From Lachnospiraceae bacterium (lineage in GTDB: Bacteria > Bacillota > Clostridia > Lachnospirales > Lachnospiraceae), in the NCBI GenBank assembly GCA_024403275.1, contig JAKSSD010000006.1, forward strand, positions 821-64,820: a DNA stretch of 64,000 bases. Reading direction: 5' to 3'. The position numbers and the translations under genes were made by a program. Below, one piece after another: positions 57,776 to 64,000 of the stretch. The notes beneath the pieces were generated by a model, which searched no databases, was not told where the DNA came from, and was given only the letters and a program-made list of their open reading frames with translations. Numbering within the stretch: the stretch's first letter is position 1; the number at the start of each line of letters is the position of its first letter.

Positions 57776-60196
57776 ATGAATAAAACATATAATCATCGCG
57801 AGATAGAAGCGAAATGGCAGAAATACTGGGAGGAGAATGAGACATTTAAGACAGATGTTTGGGATTTTTCAAAACCTAAATTCTATGCTCTTGATATGTT
57901 CCCATATCCATCAGGTGTAGGACTTCATGCAGGTCATCCTGAAGGATACACAGCAACAGATATTTCTTCACGTATGAAGAGAATGCAGGGATATAATGTA
58001 CTTCATCCAATGGGATATGATTCATTTGGTCTTCCTGCTGAGCAGTATGCTGTAAATACAGGTAATAATCCTAATGGTTTTACACAGAAGAATATTGAGA
58101 CATTTACAAAGCAGTTAAAGGAACTTGGCTTTGATTATGACTGGTCAAAGATGATTGCTACATCAGACCCTTCATTCTATAAATGGACTCAGTGGATTTT
58201 CAAGAAATTATATGAAAAAGGATATGCAAAGCTTGTAGATATGCCTGTTAACTGGTGTGAGGAGCTTGGTACAGTACTTTCAAATGATGAAGTTATTGAT
58301 GGTAAGTCAGAGCGTGGTGGTTTCCCTGTTGTTCGTAAAAATATGAAACAGTGGGTAATTGATCAGGTAGCATTTGCAGATCAGCTTCTTGATGGTCTTA
58401 ATGAGATTAACTGGCCAGAATCAACTAAGGATATGCAAAGACACTGGATTGGTCGTTCTGAAGGTGTTGAAGTTAAATTCCAGATTGTTGGTGGTGGAGA
58501 ATTCTCAATTTATACAACATGTATTGAAACAATCTATGGTATTACATTTATGGTTCTTGCTCCAGATGGAGAAATCGTTAAGAACTTGATGCCAAGAATT
58601 GAAAATAAAGAAGAGGTTCAGGCTTATATCGATGAAACAATTAAGAAGAATGATATGGATCGTACTGAACTTAATAAGACTAAGTCTGGATGTGAATTAA
58701 AGGGTGTAACATGTATTAACCCTGTTAATGGTAAGGAAGTACGTATGTTTATCGGTGATTTCGTACTTGCTAACTATGGTACAGGTGCTGTTATGGCTGT
58801 ACCTTCACATGATCAGAGAGACTTCGAATATGCTATTGTACATAATATTGATATGATTCAGGTTATCGAAGGTGCTGATGTATCAGAAAAAGCATTTGAG
58901 AAATATGATTACCTTGGTAAAGGATTTAAGCTTATTAATTCTGAAGAATTCAATGGCTTAACAGTTGAAGAGGCTAAGGAAGCTATTACAGTTAAACTTG
59001 AAGGAATGGGAGTAGCAAAGAGAACAGTTAATTATCATTTCAGAGAGTGGATTTTTGCTCGTCAGCGTTACTGGGGTGAACCAGTTCCTGTATGGTATGA
59101 TGAAGAAGGTAATGTACATGTTCTTGCTGATGAAGAATTACCACTTGTTCTTCCAGAACTTGAGGATTATAAGGGCAAGAATGGACAGGCACCTCTTGAA
59201 AATGCTACAGAATGGAAAGTATACAATAAGGACGGCGTAAAGGGTAAGAGAGAAACTTCTACAATGCCTGGTTCAGCTGGCTCTTCATGGTATTACATGA
59301 GATATATTGATCCTAACAATGATAAAGAGTTAGCAGATCCAGAACTTCTTAAGCATTGGCTTCCTGTTGACCTTTATATTGGTGGCCCTGAGCATGCAGT
59401 TGGTCATCTTATGTATTCAAGAATATGGAACAAATTCCTTTATAATGAAGGTATTTCACCAGTTAGTGAGCCATTTAAGAAACTCGTTCATCAGGGTATG
59501 ATTCTTGGTGAAAATGGAATTAAGATGGGTAAGAGATTCCCTGAATTTGTAATTAATCCTTCAGACATTGTAAGAGATTATGGTGCTGACACACTTAGAT
59601 TATATGAAATGTTTATGGGACCACTTGAGGTTTCTAAACCATGGAGCTCATCAGGTGTAGAAGGTGCTCGTAAATTTATAGGTCGTGTATGGAATTACTT
59701 CACAAATGAAGAGAACATTGTTGATACAGATGATGGAAGACTTACAAAGCTTTATCATCAGACAGTAAAGAAGATTACTTCTGACTTTGAAACACTTGGC
59801 TTTAATACAGCTATTGCTCAGATGATGATTTTCATGAATGAGGCAACAAAGGGCAAATGTCCTAAGGAATTCGCTGAAGGCTTTGTAAAGATGATTTCTT
59901 GTATTACACCTCATGTTGGTGAAGAAATCTGGCAGATTCTTGGACATGATAATACTATTGCTTATGAAGCATGGCCAGTATTTGATCCTGAAGCAATCAA
60001 AGAGAATGAAATCGAGATTGGTGTTCAGGTAAATGGTAAGGTTAAAGGCCTTGTTGTTCTTGGTGTTAACGAAGATAAGGATTCTGCTCTTGCCAAGGCT
60101 AAGGAAGTTGATGGTGTTAAGAGAGCAATGGAAGGTAAAACAGTCGTTAAGGAGATTTATGTTCCTGGAAAGATTGTTAATATTGTAGTTAAATAA
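57776..60196 (+). CDS. leuS: leucine--tRNA ligase
   Basis: MNKTYNHREIEAKWQKYWEE, FPYPSGVGLHAGHPEGY (HIGH-type), editing-domain insertion, KMGKR-type KMSKS region, 806 aa. GGAGG Shine-Dalgarno. Confidence 0.96.
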   Translation: MNKTYNHREIEAKWQKYWEENETFKTDVWDFSKPKFYALDMFPYPSGVGLHAGHPEGYTATDISSRMKRMQGYNVLHPMGYDSFGLPAEQYAVNTGNNPNGFTQKNIETFTKQLKELGFDYDWSKMIATSDPSFYKWTQWIFKKLYEKGYAKLVDMPVNWCEELGTVLSNDEVIDGKSERGGFPVVRKNMKQWVIDQVAFADQLLDGLNEINWPESTKDMQRHWIGRSEGVEVKFQIVGGGEFSIYTTCIETIYGITFMVLAPDGEIVKNLMPRIENKEEVQAYIDETIKKNDMDRTELNKTKSGCELKGVTCINPVNGKEVRMFIGDFVLANYGTGAVMAVPSHDQRDFEYAIVHNIDMIQVIEGADVSEKAFEKYDYLGKGFKLINSEEFNGLTVEEAKEAITVKLEGMGVAKRTVNYHFREWIFARQRYWGEPVPVWYDEEGNVHVLADEELPLVLPELEDYKGKNGQAPLENATEWKVYNKDGVKGKRETSTMPGSAGSSWYYMRYIDPNNDKELADPELLKHWLPVDLYIGGPEHAVGHLMYSRIWNKFLYNEGISPVSEPFKKLVHQGMILGENGIKMGKRFPEFVINPSDIVRDYGADTLRLYEMFMGPLEVSKPWSSSGVEGARKFIGRVWNYFTNEENIVDTDDGRLTKLYHQTVKKITSDFETLGFNTAIAQMMIFMNEATKGKCPKEFAEGFVKMISCITPHVGEEIWQILGHDNTIAYEAWPVFDPEAIKENEIEIGVQVNGKVKGLVVLGVNEDKDSALAKAKEVDGVKRAMEGKTVVKEIYVPGKIVNIVVK

Positions 60197-60216
60197 TATA
60201 AGTTATAATTTTTTGA

Positions 60217-60247
60217 AATAGGTCTCAGTAAATGAGGCCTATTTTTT
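60217..60247 (+). terminator. rho-independent terminator after leuS
   Basis: ATAGGTCTCA / TGAGGCCTAT stem (one G-U pair) followed by TTTTTT. Confidence 0.8.
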
Positions 60248-60334
60248 ATGTGAAATTTAGTAAATTATTATCCTAAAATAATAAGATATATTAGTATATT
60301 TTTCTAATTATGAGATGTTTAATATTTAGATTTT

Positions 60335-60343
60335 TGATATAAT
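60335..60343 (+). promoter_or_regulatory. extended -10 promoter element (TGATATAAT) for the TIR gene pair
   Basis: TG at 60335-60336 and TATAAT at 60338-60343, 41 nt upstream of ATG 60384. The -35 is weak. AAGGGAA Shine-Dalgarno at about 60371. Confidence 0.5.
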
Positions 60344-60383
60344 TATTTTGTTCGATAATTTTTAATAGAAAAGGGAATAAATT

Positions 60384-62147
60384 ATGGCGGTATTTAAGTG
60401 TAAAATGTGTGGAGCAAATCTGAATGTTGATTCAGATAAAAAGGTTTGTACTTGCGAATATTGTGGAAGTACACAAACTGTTCCTTCTGTTCATTCAGAC
60501 AGAATTGAAGGAATGTATGAAAGAGCTAATCAGTTCAGAATTAATTATGAATTTGATAAGGCTTTAAGTATTTATGAATTGATACTTGAAGAAGAAAATG
60601 GTGATGCTGATATTTACTGGTCAGTATTCCTTTGCAAATACGGTGTTAATTATGTTGAGGATGCTTTAAGTGGAAAGAGAATTCCTACAATAAATAGATT
60701 CCAGTATGCTTCTGTGTATTCTGATCTTGACTATAAGGCAGCTATTGAGAAGGCTACAGATGAGCAAAGAGCTGTATATGAAGAAGAGGTTAAGAGAATT
60801 GCTGAAATCCAGAAAACATTTATGGAGATTTCAGAGAAGGAAGAACCATTTGATGTATTTATCTGTTACAAGGAAACAGATGATATGGGAAGAAGAGCTG
60901 TAGATAGTGTTCTTGCAAATGAGATTTACCATGCTCTCGATAAAAAAGGTATTAAAACATTTTTCTCTAGAATTACACTTGAAGATAAGCTTGGTGTAGA
61001 TTATGAACCATATATATTTGCTGCTTTGAATTCTGCTAAGATTATGATTGTTCTTGGCACAAAACCTGAATTTTTCCAGGCAGTTTGGGTTAAGAATGAA
61101 TGGGCAAGATTTATTTCTCTTATTAAAAATGGTGCAGAAAAGACACTGATTCCTGCTTTTAAAGGAATGGATCCATACAGCCTTCCAGAAGAATTTGCAC
61201 ACCTTCAGGCTCTTGATATGTCAAAGCTTGGCTTTATGCAAGATCTTATTCGTGGTGTAGAGAAGATTTTAGGTAAAGATAAAATAGTTAATGAAGAAGT
61301 TCAACCTGTTCAAAGCCAGTCACCTCAAGGTGTAGAGGCTGTTAATTTGATGGCATACAATTTCCTTGTTTTAGGAACATATGAGAAAGCTAATGAATTG
61401 TACGAACAGATATTAAATTATGATAGTTCAAATTTAGATGCTTATTTAGGCGAAATATATGTTAAGTATCAGGTTAAAAATATGGAAGAGCTTGAACAGA
61501 AGCTAATTAGTACAACTGACAAAATTATTGCCGAAAAAGAAAAGATTCCTACATATGCATGTGATGATAAAAGTTATCAGCTTGCAAATCAGTACTTTGT
61601 TGAAGGGTATTATTCAAAAGAAGATATTGTTAAAACCTTACAGTTCAACAGAGCTTACGAGCAAAAGATCGATGATATTGAATTGTATATTAAAGAACTT
61701 GAGCAGTATGAAAAGACAGTATTTAAATATTATTTAAAGTTTGCTTCAGATGAAAAGAAATCAGAAATTCATGACATGATGGACAGAGTAATTGATGAAG
61801 TTAAAAAGATTTACGATAATCGTGTTGAATATGAGAAAGAACTGATTGAAGGAAGAACTAAAGCTTACAATGTATTTATTGATAATAAGTTTAATGACAT
61901 TGTTAAGAAAAATCAACAAGCTTTAAATACACGTAATGTTGATTATTTAGGTGCTGTTCGTACAATAAAGACATCAATAAGTGTTTATGAATTAAACAGC
62001 GCAGTGAATACTCTTAAAAACATGGGTGATTATGAACAGTCTGGCTTATACATTATAAAGGGTGAAGAGAAGATGAATACTATTGGAAATGTTCAAAGCT
62101 TTGTGGCTGGTGTTTCAGAAGAGTTACTTAAAAGCAATCGTTATTAA
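60384..62147 (+). CDS. zinc-ribbon + TIR-domain protein with helical (TPR-like) C-terminal half; soluble paralog
   Basis: N-terminal CKMCG-x12-CTCEYCG zinc ribbon. TIR-type block at residues about 155-295: PFDVFICYKETDD ... YEPYIFAALNSAKIMIVLGT ... AVWVKNEWARF. Helical C-terminus with no hydrophobic anchor. Confidence 0.8.
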   Translation: MAVFKCKMCGANLNVDSDKKVCTCEYCGSTQTVPSVHSDRIEGMYERANQFRINYEFDKALSIYELILEEENGDADIYWSVFLCKYGVNYVEDALSGKRIPTINRFQYASVYSDLDYKAAIEKATDEQRAVYEEEVKRIAEIQKTFMEISEKEEPFDVFICYKETDDMGRRAVDSVLANEIYHALDKKGIKTFFSRITLEDKLGVDYEPYIFAALNSAKIMIVLGTKPEFFQAVWVKNEWARFISLIKNGAEKTLIPAFKGMDPYSLPEEFAHLQALDMSKLGFMQDLIRGVEKILGKDKIVNEEVQPVQSQSPQGVEAVNLMAYNFLVLGTYEKANELYEQILNYDSSNLDAYLGEIYVKYQVKNMEELEQKLISTTDKIIAEKEKIPTYACDDKSYQLANQYFVEGYYSKEDIVKTLQFNRAYEQKIDDIELYIKELEQYEKTVFKYYLKFASDEKKSEIHDMMDRVIDEVKKIYDNRVEYEKELIEGRTKAYNVFIDNKFNDIVKKNQQALNTRNVDYLGAVRTIKTSISVYELNSAVNTLKNMGDYEQSGLYIIKGEEKMNTIGNVQSFVAGVSEELLKSNRY

Positions 62148-62161
62148 TAAGGGGATTAAAA

Positions 62162-63934
62162 ATGATAAATTATACTTGTAAGATGTGCGCTGGCACACTT
62201 GAAATAGAAGATAATAAAAAAATCTGTACTTGTAAATTCTGTGGTACATCTCAGACAGTTCCTAATCTTTCTAATGAAAAAAGAGCAAGACTTTATGAAA
62301 GAGCTGAACATTTAAGAAAGAATAATGAATATGACAAGGCAATTGCTGTTATTGATGAAATTTTAAATGAGGATATTACTGATTCAGAAGCTTATTGGCT
62401 TAGAACTTTATGTTCTTATGGTATTGAGTATGTTGATGATACTAAGACTACTAAGAAGGTTCCTACAGTAAATAGAACTCAGTATAAATCTATTTTCTCA
62501 AATGAAGATTATAAATCTGCTATTAAGTATGCTGCAACTGAGCAGATTGATATTTACCAGCAGGAAGCAAAGAATATTGATTATATTCAAAAGGGTATTC
62601 TTAGAATAGCAGAGAAGGAAAAGCCTTTTGATGTATTTATCAGTTATAAGAGTAGTGATGAAAATGGTAACAGAACAAATGATAGTGTTCTTGCTAATGA
62701 TCTTTATCATCAGTTAGTTCAGGAAGGCTTTAATGTATTCTTTTCTGAAATTACTCTTGAAAACAAATTAGGTAAGGATTATGAACCATATATTTTTGCT
62801 GCATTAAATAGTGCTAAGGTAATGATCGTTCTTGGTACTAAGATTGAGTATTTTAACGCTGTATGGGTTAAGAATGAATGGAGCAGATTCATTAATATTA
62901 TGGCTGAAAAAGGTGACAGACTTCTTATTCCTTGTTATAAGAATGTTGATCCTATTAATCTTCCTGATGAATTTGCTCATCTTCAATTACAGGATATGAA
63001 TAAGCTTGGTTTTGTTACAGATCTTATTAGAGGTATTAAAAAGATTGTTAATAAACCAAAGGCTATTGACGCTGTTAATCCTGCTATGCTTGCTCAAATG
63101 CAGACAGTATATCTTTCTCCTAAGTATGAAGAAGTATTTAAAAGAGGTTTACTTGCTCTTGAATTCGAAGAGTATAATAAGGCCTGTGAGTTCTTTAGAT
63201 TTGCACAGAATATTGATTCTAAGGAGATTAATCCGCATGTTTACGAAGTAATGGCCAATATGCAGTATAAAAATATAGATCAATATGAGGAGTATTATAA
63301 AAGACTTATAGATAAAGAAAATAAGACTCCTGATAATAGTATAATGAATATTACAAAGTATTTTAATGAGCTTCGTACACAATATGAATCAGATAATTAC
63401 TTTAATATAAATGCTTTGAGTGAGGAATTTATAGATACAATTCATCTTTGGCTGTTAAAACCTTATAAGGAGAAAGTTTTAAAAGAATTACAATCTCAAA
63501 AATGGGTTAAGTTAATTGAGGGATATCCTGAAAAGGAACCAGAATTGACTGAATTTTATAATAGATTAAAAGATTATTGTAATGATAAGATTGCCGAAGC
63601 TGAAATAGAAGATAAAAATGCCCTTGAGGCCTACAATAAAGCTTATGAAAAGAAAGTAGAGATTCTTAAGGAAAAAATTAAAGAAATGCAGGCAGAAGCA
63701 GACGAAAGAAAAGAGAAGGATTATATTGCTGCCAAGAATAAACTTAAATCCTTATGGGTTAGAAAGGTATCTGAATCAAAAGGCAATTTTAAATTTATCG
63801 GTGAATACAAAGATGCACCAAAGCTTTATTATAAAGCTCAGTTTAAAGAGAGACTATTGTATGCCATTACAATTGCGGTACCTATATTGATTGCAATTGC
63901 TGCGATTATTACAATTATAATTGTTTGGGGTTAA
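62162..63934 (+). CDS. zinc-ribbon + TIR-domain protein with helical C-terminal half and a C-terminal transmembrane anchor; paralog of the preceding gene
   Basis: CKMCA-x12-CTCKFCG zinc ribbon. PFDVFISYKSSDE ... YEPYIFAALNSAKVMIVLGT ... AVWVKNEWSRF. The last 26 aa (LLYAITIAVPILIAIAAIITIIIVWG) are hydrophobic. GGGGA Shine-Dalgarno. 14-nt gap from the upstream gene. Confidence 0.8.
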   Translation: MINYTCKMCAGTLEIEDNKKICTCKFCGTSQTVPNLSNEKRARLYERAEHLRKNNEYDKAIAVIDEILNEDITDSEAYWLRTLCSYGIEYVDDTKTTKKVPTVNRTQYKSIFSNEDYKSAIKYAATEQIDIYQQEAKNIDYIQKGILRIAEKEKPFDVFISYKSSDENGNRTNDSVLANDLYHQLVQEGFNVFFSEITLENKLGKDYEPYIFAALNSAKVMIVLGTKIEYFNAVWVKNEWSRFINIMAEKGDRLLIPCYKNVDPINLPDEFAHLQLQDMNKLGFVTDLIRGIKKIVNKPKAIDAVNPAMLAQMQTVYLSPKYEEVFKRGLLALEFEEYNKACEFFRFAQNIDSKEINPHVYEVMANMQYKNIDQYEEYYKRLIDKENKTPDNSIMNITKYFNELRTQYESDNYFNINALSEEFIDTIHLWLLKPYKEKVLKELQSQKWVKLIEGYPEKEPELTEFYNRLKDYCNDKIAEAEIEDKNALEAYNKAYEKKVEILKEKIKEMQAEADERKEKDYIAAKNKLKSLWVRKVSESKGNFKFIGEYKDAPKLYYKAQFKERLLYAITIAVPILIAIAAIITIIIVWG

Positions 63935-63940
63935 TTATTT

Positions 63941-63975
63941 AAATCCATGTATTAGAAATTAATACATGGATTTTT
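63941..63975 (+). terminator. rho-independent terminator closing the TIR gene pair
   Basis: Perfect 14-bp arms AAATCCATGTATTA / TAATACATGGATTT, GAAAT loop, T-tract. Confidence 0.85.
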
Positions 63976-64000
63976 CTTTTGTAAATTTACTGAATATTGA

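Noticed and set aside
1-64000. CRISPR arrays, tRNA/rRNA genes, IS elements, prophage or integrative element borders
   Set aside because: I saw no regularly spaced direct repeats, no cloverleaf-type or rRNA-like segments in the intergenic gaps (all under 300 bp and explained by promoters and terminators), and no transposase, phage or conjugation genes.

Overview
This is a low-GC, Firmicutes/Clostridia-type (Lachnospiraceae-like) chromosomal segment made up almost entirely of core housekeeping genes. I call about 65 CDS, and all but four are on the + strand.

Gene order follows classic Firmicutes syntenies:
- pnp; deoB-prfC
- asp23-nusB-xseA-xseB-ispA-dxs-tlyA-nadK-recN; glgA
- rqcH-yicC-gmk-rpoZ-rimO-pgsA-cinA, then a 3-gene insert, then recA-recX-rny
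- aminotransferase-nudix-xerD; gltX-helicase; pta; rpmF (inverted)
- plsX-acpP-rnc-smc-ftsY-ylxM-ffh-rpsP-KH; rplS-lepB'-rbgA-lepB-rnhB-fliK-like-flhB-like-yraN
- pilZ; EF-G paralog; leuS

I saw no rRNA, tRNA, CRISPR array, transposase or prophage genes. Many intergenic gaps resolve into sigma-70-type promoters and rho-independent terminators. recA carries two identical LexA (Cheo-type) boxes.

The best candidate for an undescribed system is a self-contained two-gene operon at 60.3-64.0 kb, with its own promoter and terminator. It encodes two colinear paralogous zinc-ribbon + TIR-domain proteins, one soluble and one with a C-terminal membrane anchor. No known TIR-system partner is present (no ThsA, STING, CD-NTase or Argonaute).

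Other points worth a second look:
- A three-gene insertion splits the conserved cinA-recA pair: a zinc-ribbon membrane protein, a Cys-rich membrane protein with a 69-bp tandem repeat, and an orphan glycyl-radical-activase-like radical SAM enzyme.
- One signal peptidase I paralog has its catalytic Ser codon changed to Gly.
- yraN can only be full length if it starts at ATT.
- rimM-trmD are missing between the KH gene and rplS, replaced by an antisense 88-aa orphan.
- rpmF is inverted, and ackA/yceD are absent.

All calls are by-eye motif recognition. No searches or computations were run.
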